Shown here piece by piece: positions 1 to 11,269 of a stretch of 64,000 bases of DNA; within the stretch, counting starts at the first letter, position 1, and every line of letters starts with the position of its first letter. The stretch comes from Camelus ferus (Eukaryota). Both the position numbers and the translations under genes were made by a program. The notes under the pieces were generated by a model. It ran no database searches, was not told where the DNA came from, and saw only the letters and a list, made by a program, of their open reading frames with translations. Location of the stretch: contig NC_045704.1 in NCBI RefSeq assembly GCF_009834535.1, positions 12,648,001 through 12,712,000 on the forward strand. The letters are read 5' to 3'.

Positions 1-1833
1 ACTCAGCCCTCTCCCTCAGCTCCCGGTTCCGTGCCTCCAGCCCCTGGCACTCGCCCTCCAGGGCCTCGCCCTCTGCGCGCTTCCTCTGCCGGTACCTCAG
101 AGCCGCCGACTTGTTCTGGTCCCTCTTCTTTTGCTTGCGGTCCCCGCGGGCGGTGGCAGGATTGGGGTAGGGGGCCGGGCGAGAGGGTGGAGGTGGAGGA
201 GGGGGTTGCTGGGGTGGGGGCAGGGGCGCCAACCCCGAGTCCCCTGGCCCGGCCTCGCTGCGGCAGTAGATGGCTAGCAAGTCGAGGGTATCCAGGGCAG
301 GAGGCTGGGGGAGGTCAAAGGTTGGGAGGGGGAGGGGCAGCGGGAGGGAGGGTGCTGGTGCTGGTGCTGGTGCTGGTGCTGGTGGCTGCGGAGGTGGGGA
401 GGCGGGTGGGAGGAGGGGAGCATCAAGGAAGAAGTCTTCCATCTGCTCAAGTTCCTTCTTGAGGAAGGGAGGCCATAGCTTCCAGATCGGGTGGGGGAGG
501 GGAAGATGAGGGGAGGGCACCTGAAGGCAAGGGGGGCTCCAGAGGGAGAAGGGCTGTAAAGTCGACCCGCTCGGTCATCCAGTCAGAGAAGCCGTCACCT
601 AGAGGATTGGAGAGAGACATAAAGTTTCTTGAGATCCTAGTCCTCCACCCAACCAGGTCTCAACTCATGACTGCCTCATTCATCTCATTCACTGAGTAAA
701 ACCACCAATCAGCCAATTAGTCAACCAACCAATCAAGAAACCATCAAAGCAGTCAACAAACCAACAGATTAGCCAACTAACCAACAAACCAATAGATTAA
801 CCATCTAACCAACCAATCAACTAACCAGTCGACCAACCCACCACTAGTCAACCAACCAACCAATCAACCCATTAACCAACTAATCAATGAACCAGTCAAC
901 CAACCCATGACCCGAACAACAAAACAGTCAACCAGCCATTTCTTCAACCATGCCAACATCTTCTTTACTGATTACCCTGCATCTGTCATTTCTCGGATTT
1001 ACTCTCTAGTTTATTTATTTCTTTCTTTAATGGAGGTAATGGGGATTTAATCCAGTATCTCTGCATACTAAGCACACACTCTACCACTGAGCTATTACCC
1101 TCTCTCTCTAGTTCATTCTTTTTTTTTTTCCCTAGTTCATTCTTAAATACAAACTGGATCACACATAAACATACTGTTTCATCTTTAATTCATTACTGAA
1201 AACCCACAACTTACCAAGCACTTGAGATACACTCATGAATAAAACAGTTCCTGCCTCGCGGGCTCTGCCATGCTTTCTTCCACCTGAAAAGCTGTTCCCT
1301 TTGGTCTTTTCATGGCTCATTCTTTAGGCTGGAGCCAAAATGTTATGAACTTGGAAAGGGTTTCCTGGCTCCCCATTCTAAACTAGTCCTTGGTGTCATT
1401 TTTTTTTAACTCAGCTACTAAGTGTTTCCCACTTATTCCCATACATCATCATTTAATTTGTCTCTTGTCTGTCTCCCCAGTAGAGTATGTGCTGCAAGGG
1501 AGCAGGGATCGTATCAGTCTGGCTCCCAGTTGTATCCCCAGCACCTAAAACAGTGCCTGCCATAGTACAAGTCCTCAATAAATATTTACTGAATGAATGA
1601 ATGAATACTTCCTTCTCCCCTGCCCCCCCCACCTCCATCCTTTGTCTGCCCTTACCTGCCAGGGGCTCTCCCCCCCCTGGAAGCCCGCCCTCCAGGGCTC
1701 CCCCAAGGACCTCATAGGGGCCCAGGGGGGCAGGGGCCAGGGGGAGTTTCCCATAGTCTACGAGCCAGCCCAGCCCGCTAGCTGGGAGCAGGGTCCTGTC
1801 CAGCTCCAGCCCCAGGGTCGCCAGGAGTGACAT
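1..1833 (-). CDS. ATF5: Activating transcription factor 5 (bZIP), partial at the 3' end; apparent +1 frameshift near 463-466
   Basis: Coding exons 1833-1656 ([13 protein letters not shown]...GGEPLAG, donor GTAAG) and 598-<1 ([13 protein letters not shown]...[49 protein letters not shown]). One extra base in TCCCTTCCTC breaks MASLLKKELEQ. Confidence 0.97.
353..382 (-). repeat. (CCAGCA)5 coding hexamer repeat (Pro-Ala)5 in ATF5
   Basis: TGCTGG x5 on the plus strand. Confidence 0.95.
700..945. repeat. Degenerate (AACC)n simple repeat in ATF5 intron
   Basis: Repeated CAACCAACC/CAATCAA units. Confidence 0.85.
1012..1103 (-). mobile_element. tRNA-derived SINE, camelid Vic-1-like
   Basis: Reverse complement of a tRNA-like head plus AT-rich tail; 10-bp TSD CTCTCTAGTT at 1002 and 1104. 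Confidence 0.8.
1465..1607 (+). mobile_element. L2 LINE 3' end
   Basis: GTATCCCCAGCACCTA...CAATAAATATTTACTGAATGAATGAATG terminus. Confidence 0.75.
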
Positions 1834-3286
1834 GGCTGCAGTGCGGGCGCTGGGCACGGATGGCAATGAAGGAGGCTGCACCAACAGCTGGGAGGAGATT
1901 CTGGAAGTTGCTCAGCTGGGCGAAGACAGGCACCAAGGCAAAAGTGGAGGACCTACAAGTGTGAGACAAAAGCGAGTGGGTCATAGGCCAGCCTCTCCTA
2001 CCCCCAAAGCCACACCCCAGTTCCCCAGGATACTTTCTCCTCCTTCCTGCGGTGTTTGGATCTACGGCCTGCACTTTCAGAATTCTAAATCTACCCTTTC
2101 TTTCCCTAGAGCTGAGCTACACCCACTCCCAAGGGAATTCTCTTTAGGCCTGACACTTTTCTTCAGACTTCCCAAGATCTAATCCTTCCAATACAGAAAC
2201 CTAATAGTCTCCCAGGCAAATTTCCCTAAGACCCTCCCACCCACCCCATAATATTCTTTTTAATAAATAAAACTCAATCCCAGGGGAACTTTTGTTCCAG
2301 CCACACCTCTTCCTCTAAAATATTTTCTTTACGCCGCACCCCCTCCCTGGATGCCACCTCAAATCTGTTCCCAGGGGAACTCCCCCTTCCCCGCCCCTTC
2401 ATCAATGTCATGCAGTCAAATCCCACTCTTCTCTTTGAATTTTGCGGTGACTTCCTGTCCCTCCAAGTCCCGCCCCCAAGGTTAATTTTAGCTCCACCCT
2501 TCTCCAATCATTCCTCAAAGGCCCCGCCTCTTTATCAGGTAGGAACCCCACCCCTCAGCTAATAGTTTGCTTAGCCACGCCCCTCTCACAATAGGTACCC
2601 CCCCTCAGCTCCACCCTCCGCGACGCCTCTTATCCTAGCTCCATCCCTTTAATGGGTCGTTTCTAAGCCCCGCCTCCTCCCCTATCAATCTAAACCGGCC
2701 TCCAGCCCGTCAAGTGCCCGAATGGAAGGGAGGGAAGTTGTGCTTTGCGCAAGAGCAAAGTGGAGACGGGAGGGTGGACTGGGCCGGCGGAAAACAGCTC
2801 CCTACTCCCCACCATCCGCACGCGGTTCTCACGCTGAAGACCACAGCGCATGCTCCGCCACCAGAGCGGTCCCATTGCTCCCTCAGACCTCCGCCCTCCT
2901 GGTGGTCAGTGCGCATGTGCGGCTGCTTACTGCCCGCCTTAGCACAAGGACAGACTCCACTGGAGAGATGCGCATGAGCAATCGCGGTCAGACAGACTCG
3001 GCGAAAAAAAAGAAACACACGTTCCCTGAAGGCTAGTGCGCAGTCGCAAACGCACGTGGACGTCTTTAAAACCAACATCGTCTGGACGAACGCACCCTCC
3101 CCCCATAGAGCCGATTGCGCATGCTCGGCTGCGCGCGGACGGCCCGTCTTTGCTCTTCTGCGCCTGCGCGACCGTGATTCTTCACTCTCGTCTCCCCACC
3201 CCCCAGGTCCGGTTGTGAGGGCCGCGAGCTTCGAAAGGGCGGGAAAGGCGGTTGGAGAGGGAGAGGCGAGCGGTTACTCACTCCAT
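1778..3286 (-). other. ATF5: ATF5 inhibitory uORF2, 59 aa, spliced (3286-3282 joined to 1952-1778), overlapping the ATF5 CDS out of frame
   Basis: ATG GA|GTGAGT donor at 3281, acceptor ttgtAG|G at 1952. Translation MESSTFALVP...GQDPAPS* is 59 aa, the known uORF2 length; it overlaps the CDS by 56 nt. Confidence 0.88.
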
Positions 3287-3356
3287 GGCTGCGGAAAAGA
3301 GAGGCAGCGGCGGCCTCAGGTGAAGAAAGAAGGCAGGAGCGGAGAGCGCAGGCGCG
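3180..3356 (+). other. NUP62: NUP62/long-IL4I1 non-coding exon 1 (5' end approximate)
   Basis: Strong donor GCG|GTAAGC at 3357 inside the CpG island; position fits the known head-to-head overlap with ATF5. Confidence 0.6.
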
Positions 3357-3393
3357 GTAAGCGCGGAGACTGGCCGGGGCAGAGGGGTCGTGG

Positions 3394-3405
3394 CTACAGA
3401 GCCAT
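3394..3405 (-). other. ATF5: ATF5 uORF1 (Met-Ala-Leu-stop)
   Basis: Minus strand GCC ATG GCT CTG TAG; fits the known 3-codon uORF1 of the ATF5 alpha leader. Confidence 0.88.
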
Positions 3406-4555
3406 GGCCGGGGCTACGCGGGCGGAGGCAGCGTCGCGGTAGCGTGAGGACAGATCGTGATCTGAGGATGGGGAATGAGGCAGCCCCGGGGACTGGGGAC
3501 AGATATACGGGGGACGGCGCAGCACGGCCTGCCGGGATCCTTCCGCGCCCCGCCCCGTGTGGCGCCATTCGGGAGGCGGGTTGGGCCCTACCCTCGGGAT
3601 CCCGGGCTCGGTCCCCCTCCTCCTTCCGACCCTGGGGCTGGGCTCTCTCTTTCCTCCGACCTGAGGGTCTGGGCCCGCTTTCCTTCCGACTCCGAGGTTC
3701 CCATCCTCCCTTTCCTCTGACTCTGGGGTTGAGTCCCCTCCTCTTCCCTGAGATCCGCACCAGTTCATCTCTCCTTTCCTTTCCTGTGCTTCACAAATTT
3801 CCGGCCAGCCACATGCTGGTCTCTCCATCCCTCAACTGCTTTCCCACTCTGAGAACCCCTTTTGGGGGTTAGAATTGCATGAGTCACAGACGGTGCTACA
3901 TTCAAATCACTGACCGGCGAGGCGAGGGTGGCCTTGGGCAAATGACTTAAATTCCCTAGCCTCATAGATAAAGAACTATCTGTAAAATGTGGAGAATAAT
4001 CAACTACCCGGTGGGGTCGTTTGTGAGAATCAAGTAAGTCGATGCCTGTGAAACCTGGATCCAGCCTCAAACGTGCTCAACCCCTTTTATTATGATAGTA
4101 ATAGGGAGGAACTCTGGGGCCCAGTCTCTCCCCTTACAGCCCCCCTGACAACACCTGTTAATAGCCCATTCTTGGGTCTCCTTCACTCCTCCAAGGTGAT
4201 TTTCAGCCATCCCCATCCCCCCATCCCGAATGATGGACTCAGCCCTATCTCGGTGCAGGGAGTCAGGCAGCATCGCCCTCTTGCCTTTTCTCTGTCCCCT
4301 GCCCGTCACCCCTCAGCCCTTATCCTCAGCACTCCTTTCAGGCCAGTTGGTTCATTCTTCTGTCCCTGCCCCTCACCTAGACTTCCTTTTAAAGGATCCT
4401 CTACCTTAGCTGCCCCTCAATAGGTCAGTCTTACAAACCCTGCCAAAAATAGATCTATACTTCCATTTGCTAAAAAAGAGGGACTTCTCACCATCCCCTC
4501 CCGGTACCCTGGGATTTCCACCAGCCTAAGTGGGTGTGTCTTTCCTCTGCTGCAG

Positions 4556-4666
4556 AATCCCTCCCTTTCCTACCCTGCCTTCATCCACATCAGAACTGTA
4601 CACCTGAAGTGCAACTTTTCATCACTTTTGTTGGCACTTATGAGACTGAATCAAGATCCAAAGAAG
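4556..4666 (+). other. NUP62: Candidate NUP62/long-IL4I1 non-coding exon 2
   Basis: Acceptor tttcctctgctgcAG at 4555 and donor AAG|GTGAGG at 4667; NUP62 is known to have two non-coding 5' exons. The acceptor is uncertain. Confidence 0.45.
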
Positions 4667-4755
4667 GTGAGGTACCCTGATCCTGAGAGTTACCTGGGGA
4701 TGAAGACACGCAGGCTTTTTTTCTTCCAAATGCATGTGCTCTTTATTTTCCTTCC

Positions 4756-5040
4756 AGTTTTATTGAGATATAGTTGAGAGAGAGAGCACTCTGTAAGTTT
4801 GAGATGTACAGCCTAATGGTTTGACTTAGATCCCTCAGGAAGTGATTACCTCAATAAGTTGAGTGAACATCCATCATCTATAGAGGCAAAAAGAAAGAAA
4901 TAGAAAAAACACTTTTTTCCTTGTGATGAGAGCTCTTAGGATTTACTCTCTTAACAACTTTCATATCTAACATATAGCAGTATTCATTGTATTTATCAGA
5001 TTGTACATTATATCCCTAGTGCAGGCTACTGTTGCATACA
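4756..5040 (-). mobile_element. L1 3' UTR fragment
   Basis: TTTTATTGAGATATAGTTGA...TTAACAACTTTCATAT...TTGTACATTATATCCCTAG resembles an L1 3' end. Confidence 0.6.
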
Positions 5041-5147
5041 GAAAGTTCCTGAGATCTGACACCTTTCCTTGGAGTACTTACTGTCCACTCTGCCAGTATT
5101 TGAGCGCTTGCTCTCTCGGGGCTACATTGTTGCCTGGGCCACACAGA

Positions 5148-5410
5148 GTAGTGGTTAAGAGCACAGACCGGAGCCAAGTTGCTGGGTTCAAACACTGGCT
5201 ACACCCCACTTACTAGCTTATTGGCAATTTCCCTGTGCCCCAGTTTCCATGAATAGTAGCAGAACAAAGTGTGGAATTTAGTTAATAGAAACGTACAAGT
5301 GTATGTGGCCATTACAGTACTGTTTCTTAGTACTGTTAGGAGATTAAATGATTAAATGAGGCCAAGTGCGCTTAGACTAGTGGCTGGCGCACAGTGGGTG
5401 CTACATAAGG
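5148..5410 (+). mobile_element. MIR SINE
   Basis: GTGGTTAAGAGCACAG...GGGTTCAAA...CAGTTTCC...AGATTAAATGA core. Confidence 0.6.
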
Positions 5411-5690
5411 AGTTTTCATGCTTCTAGTTATTGAGGTGGATGTGTTTTATCTCCATTGCTAAGCAGCAGCAAGTGCTTTGAAAGGTCTTCCAACTTTTAC
5501 ATGAGATGAAAGGACCAACCTCCTTCCACTCAGGATAGATGTTTAAGCAATAGCGGGTAGGATTAGGTTAGACTGTTGGTCAGAGACCGCTGGCAGTGAG
5601 GGGGCAGAGTCACCCCCAGTCTTCTGCTTCTGAAAGGGCCTTCTAGGTAAGTTATACAGTGGACTAGGTAGAGTAGTTTTCTTTAAATAG

Positions 5691-6100
5691 GTTTTTATTG
5701 TGGAATAATTGGAGATGTACAGGAAAGCTGCTGAGACAGTACAGAGAGTTTCTGGGTACCCCTCATCCCCTTTCCCTCACCCTTGACGCCTTATATTCCT
5801 CCGATAAATTTCTTACAGCGCATGAACCAGCATCAGTACATGTCTGTTCACTGAACTCATCTTTGTCTCCTGATTTCCCCACTTGTTCTCCGTGCCTTTC
5901 CTTTATTCCAGGATCCCGTCCAAGATGCCATGCCCCACTTAGTTGTCGCATGTCCTTAGCCACCCTGGTCTGCAGTGGTTTCTCAGACTGCCCTTGTCTC
6001 TCATGACCCTGGCGGTTTTGAAGAGCACTGGCTGGGTATCATGTGTAATGCCCCTCCATTTGGTTTTGTCTCATAGACTGTGGATATGGGTTTTTGAGAG
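5691..6100 (-). mobile_element. Old L1 (L1MB/MC-like) 3' fragment
   Basis: TTTTTATTGTGGAATAATT...CAGTACAGAGAGTT... pattern. Confidence 0.55.
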
Positions 6101-8159
6101 GATGACTGGGTAGGATCCTTAATGACTAGAAAGGAACTTCCTCAAGATGGGAATCATGCTGCCAGTTGCTCGCAGTGTGTGCTGACCAAGAAGACCCTGA
6201 GTCCCCGTCCCAGCCCCCTTGTGCCTTTTTTTACTCTCTCACTGTAGGATCCCACAGAGTTGAGTCCTGGTGCCAGCAGCCCCACCCAAGCAGCCTGACT
6301 CAGTCCTGCTCAGTGGGTGCCAGTGTGCATGGCCCCCTGGCCCTTCCAGTGTATTCTGATTTATGGGCAGTGGGTCATCAGTGGTGCCTGTGAGCCCAGG
6401 TCTTGGCACCCTAAGCCCTCTCCCCGTGCCCACTCCGATCTGAACCCTTTGGCCCCTTCAGGCCTCAGATGCCTCGGCCTACCCCAACTTCACAAAGTTT
6501 TCCAGGGTCCAGGTGCCCCTGGCCCTTCAACTCCTGAGCTGGGGCTGAGAGCATGGGTGGGGCTGCTGGGACTCTTTCTTCAGTGCGGAGGAGCCAGGCT
6601 TGAGGTGTGAGGCGGCCGTTGCAGGGAGGTTGCATCACCCTGGCTCTTTGATGGGGAGGGGGAGTAGGGGGATTCTCTGGGGGCCCCCCTGCACACCTGG
6701 CAGCAGTTCCCAGTTAACGGAGCCCTGGAACCCTGAATGGAGAGAGGCCCCAGCATAGCAAGGGAGGGAGTCATTGAGGGGGAGGGAGCAGCTGGCGCAG
6801 GACCATGAGAATCAGGCTCAGTGCCAAGAATGGGCTCAGATCACAGGGGCTGACCCACTCTAGCAAGGGCTGAGGCCCGGAGAGGTGAAAGGAGTTGTGT
6901 ATGATCACACTGTGAGGTAGAGCCTGGACCTCCGCAAGGTCCTGCAAGCCCCAGGGAGAGCCTGGCTCCTCTCAGTTGTGGGGGGGCCCTGACCCCTGGC
7001 TCAGGATGCAGCCTGCCAGGGGGCCACTAAGTCTGGACCTTCACCTCAGGTTTGCTGCTGCTCACAATTGCCAAATTCTATTGATTGTGACCCGCCCCTC
7101 CCCACCCCCCTGCCCCAGAGGAGGCCCTCTTCGCCTGTACTGTTACTGATCCCCTCACTGGTTTCCCAGCCCAGCTGACAGCCTGGCATGATGGAAGAGG
7201 CACCGAGTTTCCGTCAGATGGATCCAGGTCCCTCAGCCCACACCGCATAATCCTGGCTGGGGGTGCAGGCAAAAGTCCTTACTCTGCCTGGGCCACGGCT
7301 GCCTTCGGAAAAGTGGCTCAGAGTGTGCACTCGAGCCAGCCTGCTGGATTCACATCCAGATTCCACTGCTTCTTTGACCCTCAGCAAATGGCATCATCCC
7401 TCTTTGACTCAGTTACCTCATCCATAAAATGGGTGGAAGATGACCCACCTCACAGGATTGTTGGGAGGATTAACTAGATAAAGGTGTGTAAAATTTCTAG
7501 AATGGAGTCTCCCTAATTATGAGCATTAATTACTTCTCACTAAGGTTTGGGTGCTGGAAGGATTATGCGAAATGACGTGGGTAAAGCCCAGCACTTCCTC
7601 GGAGCTCCAGGTCAGCACATGCTTCTTGCTCTTCCTATTCCCACCACACTTTGTTCTTCTTTCATAGTCGCCTCACAGGCAGATGTCTGTGGATGCAACT
7701 TTCCCTGAGCACTTAGAGGGTAGGTCAGGACCCTCCTCAGTCCCTAGACTCGTTCCTCACAGCCCCCAGCCCTGTGCCACTGCCTCAGTAGGTATCAGTT
7801 CATTTTTAAATGAATTGCTCAGGCACAGAGACTGAGGAATTCAGTACTATGGCCCCTGAAGAGGCACTAGGGCAGGTGTGTGGGTCATTCAGGCCAGGAG
7901 GGCAGGGGTTAGGGGTGGGCGTCTCAGCAAACAAGGGCAGGAAGGCCAAGGCCAGTTCAGTTGGGGAAAGAGCAGTGCGGGGGCCAGGCACACAGCACGG
8001 GGCTGCCTCGTGGCCCTGCGGCTCAGAGTCCGCCAGAGCCCCTTCCCTCCCCTCCCACCTGCTACGCCTCCTTCAGCCGAAGCAACCACGGCTCTTGGAG
8101 CCTGGCTAGGCCATGCACCGCCGCGCCAGCTCCAGCATCTTCTGTGGCCATCTTCTCTA

Positions 8160-8592
8160 TTCCCTTCCTGTGGCTGCTATAACACATCACCACAGACTTA
8201 GCGGCTTAAAACACGCACATTTATTCCCTTTGGAGACCAGAAATCTAAAAAGGGGTCCTTCTAGAGGCTCTAGGGGAGAATCCATTCTGTTGCCTTTTCC
8301 AGCTTCTAGAGGCCATCTGTGTTCCTTGGCTAGTGACCCCTTCCTTGAGTCACTTTGACCTGTTTCCATCATCACATCTCCTATCTCCTCCTGTGATCTT
8401 CTTGCCCTCCCTCTTATAAAGACCCTTTTGATTCCATTAAGGCCCACCCAGATAACCCAGGACAGTGTCTCCATCTCAGGATCCTGAATTTAATGACATC
8501 TGTCAAGTCCCCTTTGCCATGTGGTAACATACTCACAGGTTCTGAGGACTAGGATGTGCACATCTTTGGGAGCCACTATCCATCCTCCTACA
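8160..8592. mobile_element. MLT1 (ERVL-MaLR) LTR
   Basis: GCTGCTATAAC...CACAGACTTAGCGGCTTAAAAC...CCTTTTCCAGCTTCTAGAGGCC...TATCCATCCTCCTACA signature. Confidence 0.75.
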
Positions 8593-11269
8593 GCTCTCTC
8601 TCAGAGACTCCACGTTCTCATGTGAGAGGTAAAGGCTAGCACAAGCCCTGGGGTGCCCTCTCCCTAATGTGCCCACAGACTGTTTGAGAAGGACAGGGCA
8701 AACTGAAGGTAATTGACAACATGATCTCCTGGAGCTCAGGACACTGTCACTTACCACTGTGTGGCCTTCAGCAAGGTACCCTCTGTGCTGCATCAGTAGA
8801 GCAGGGACAATAGCAGAACTCTCCTGAGACGGCAGTGGTGAGGACCAGAGATAATGCGTGGAAAAGCCTAGAACATTGCCTGGCTCAATAAGCCAGCCAG
8901 CCCTGCAGGCCAGGTGCTGGGCAGCTGTTCCTGCCTGAGGGTGCAGAGCGGCAGATTTCACAGAGGTTAGAAATGCAGACTTTTCTTCGAGATCCAAGTT
9001 TTAAAAGGTTGATGAGTAATTCAGAGAAACTCCAACAAATCACGAGTGTGGATAGGCTGGGGCTGAGAGCCTTCTCTGACCTTTGCATGCAGTGATCCCC
9101 ACCTGCCCCTCCAAATCTGTCATCCTCTGGCCAGAGCAGAAGACAAGGAACTGAGTCCTCCTCAGTCAAGTCACTGAGAATTTGGGCCACACCCCTCCCT
9201 GCTGAAAGGGCACCAGCCTTGCTCAGACTCTGCCCAGTCCTGTGGAAAGTTGGGGAGGCAGTGTTCGTGGGGAGCAAGGAAGGGGGTCTCTAGGCAATCA
9301 TTCGGGAGGGTGGGGTGCCTGCAGAAGTAGGGCTGGTGTCACCCTGTCTGTTCTTTGTCAGCTGTCCACACCCCCAGCTGGAGGCTGCCACCAATACGTG
9401 TAGTTAAGTGATTTGGGTTTCTTGCTTTTTGTAACTGGGGGGCCGCCTCGGTATGGGGGTGTTGAAGAGGGCTTCTGGGGGCTGGGCTGGGTTAGGTACC
9501 GGGGAGGGTTCAGGGAAGTGGGGTTTTGCTCAGGGATGCTGGCGGGGCACAGGGACGTGTGCATGAGCAGCATCCTTTATACTGGAGCTGATGGCTGTGT
9601 TAAGAGCGACTGTCAGCTCTGAGCCAGGAGGGTGATGTTCAGTCCTTTTTTTTGCTTTGGACAACGTTTGTGTTTTTGTCTGTGTTGAGGCATGTCACGA
9701 CCCGTCACAGCCAGAGCAGCCTCACCTGATGTCGGTGTCCTGTGGAGCCGTCTATGTCTGGCAGGGGCCTGGCTGTCGGGCGGTTCTTCCGTTCCCCACA
9801 GCAGACCTGCTTGGCCTATCCGATGGGGGAGGGCAGGTGGAGATTGATGATGGGGCCCGGGGGTGCAGCTGCAGCTCAGCCGGGATCCCTGCCTGGAGGT
9901 GGGCCTTGATTGCACCAGCACACACACCCATCCCTGGGTTGCTTGGGCACAGAGGAAAGTAGCAGGCCCTGAGTGAACCCAACCAGCACCCGCCAGGGTG
10001 GCCAGTCGTGGGGGAGCTGAGGGGGCCAAGAGAGAGAGGGTTTGAGGCAGAGGCAGGGACCCACAGCAGGAAACCTCACAGGCCCAAGAGGTCCCCTGGG
10101 TGCCCCCTCCACATGTGGGGACTGCCCCATGGGGAGCATGGCGGACTGGCGGGCTCCTGGGCCTTAGACCTGTTAGATTTGTTCAAGAGCCCTTTGCCCT
10201 TCTCCTCCTGCCCGCCCCCACCCAGAGCAGGAACAGACTGGGGGTGGGGGTGCAGGAAAGAGCAGCCAATGCCCCCCCCCCACTTCGGTCCAAGCTGCCA
10301 GAAGTCTTGCCTGCTGCCTGCAGTGAGGGGAAGCAGATGGCACCGAATTGGATTTGAGAGTGAAACCTGAAGTACTAAACTAGTCTGGGAGGTGATGGAG
10401 ATGGCCTGGGATGTCATTCCTGGAAACGGGAAGAGGGTACTGGACATGGCATTCGGGGGCGAGGGGGAGGGGTCACATGTCAGTGAGAAAGGTCACATTA
10501 GAGTCTCTGGAGGCCCCAGCTCGGCTCTGGGGTCAGACACCCTCAGTCAGTCCTAACTACCTGTGAGACTTCGGGCACATTACTAAGTTCTCTTGACTTC
10601 CGTTTGCTCATCTGTAAGATGGGAATGCTTTGAGTTCCCACCCCCTTGAACTGTAGTAAGTACAGGTAAAGTGCTATCAACAAAGGGCCTGGCACGTCAC
10701 AGACGTCCAGAAATGTTTGTGTGGAGATTGACACCCAGGGACTGGTAAGGGCTGTGGTTGTTGGTTCTAATCTCAGAATCAAAGCCACCCTGCCCCCTAG
10801 CTCTAGTGGTTTTCACCTGGTTCCCCAAGAAACCATTTCCGTGGCAACTGCCTCTGGCACCACCTGGACCTTTCCCTTCTTCCCCCACTGACATCACTGC
10901 CTCTCCCCTGGGAGAGATGCTGATGTTGATCACAGGAGAGAGGCTGGGGAGGGAGCACAGGTGTGTGTTTCTGCCTACACACAAATGCACCTCCACCTGC
11001 TATGCTCTTGGCCCTGGTGCTTCAGCCCCTCTCTGAGTCTTGTATTGGTGGTGTGTTCGTGCCAAGCCGCATTTCCACAGGAGCCCCCGATGGCCTCAGC
11101 TGACTGGAGCATTTCAACTTCAGTCTCCTCCACAACCCATCCTCAGCCAGCTTTACTTGTCCCCAGCGTGCTGTTGTTAGAAACAACTCTGCCCGGCCCC
11201 TGCCTGCTTCTGCCCTCAGCCCCTCCCTGGCATCCCATGCTAGGTTGGTTCGTTCAGTGGCTTTATTGA

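Larger units (their letters stand above)
2700..3700. promoter_or_regulatory. CpG-island bidirectional promoter of ATF5 and NUP62/long IL4I1
   Basis: CpG-rich, with NRF1-like GCGCATGCGC variants at 2846, 2910, 2969, 3037, 3116 and 3159. Contains a minus-strand donor at 3281 and a plus-strand donor at 3357. Confidence 0.85.

Noticed and set aside
7573-7580. UPRE-like TGACGTGG upstream of ATF5
   Set aside because: It lies in MIR-like sequence and is expected by chance.
9358-9582. TATA-like GTATAAAGG followed by a 71-aa minus-strand ORF
   Set aside because: The ATG directly follows the TATA so it could not be transcribed from it; no homology recognised.
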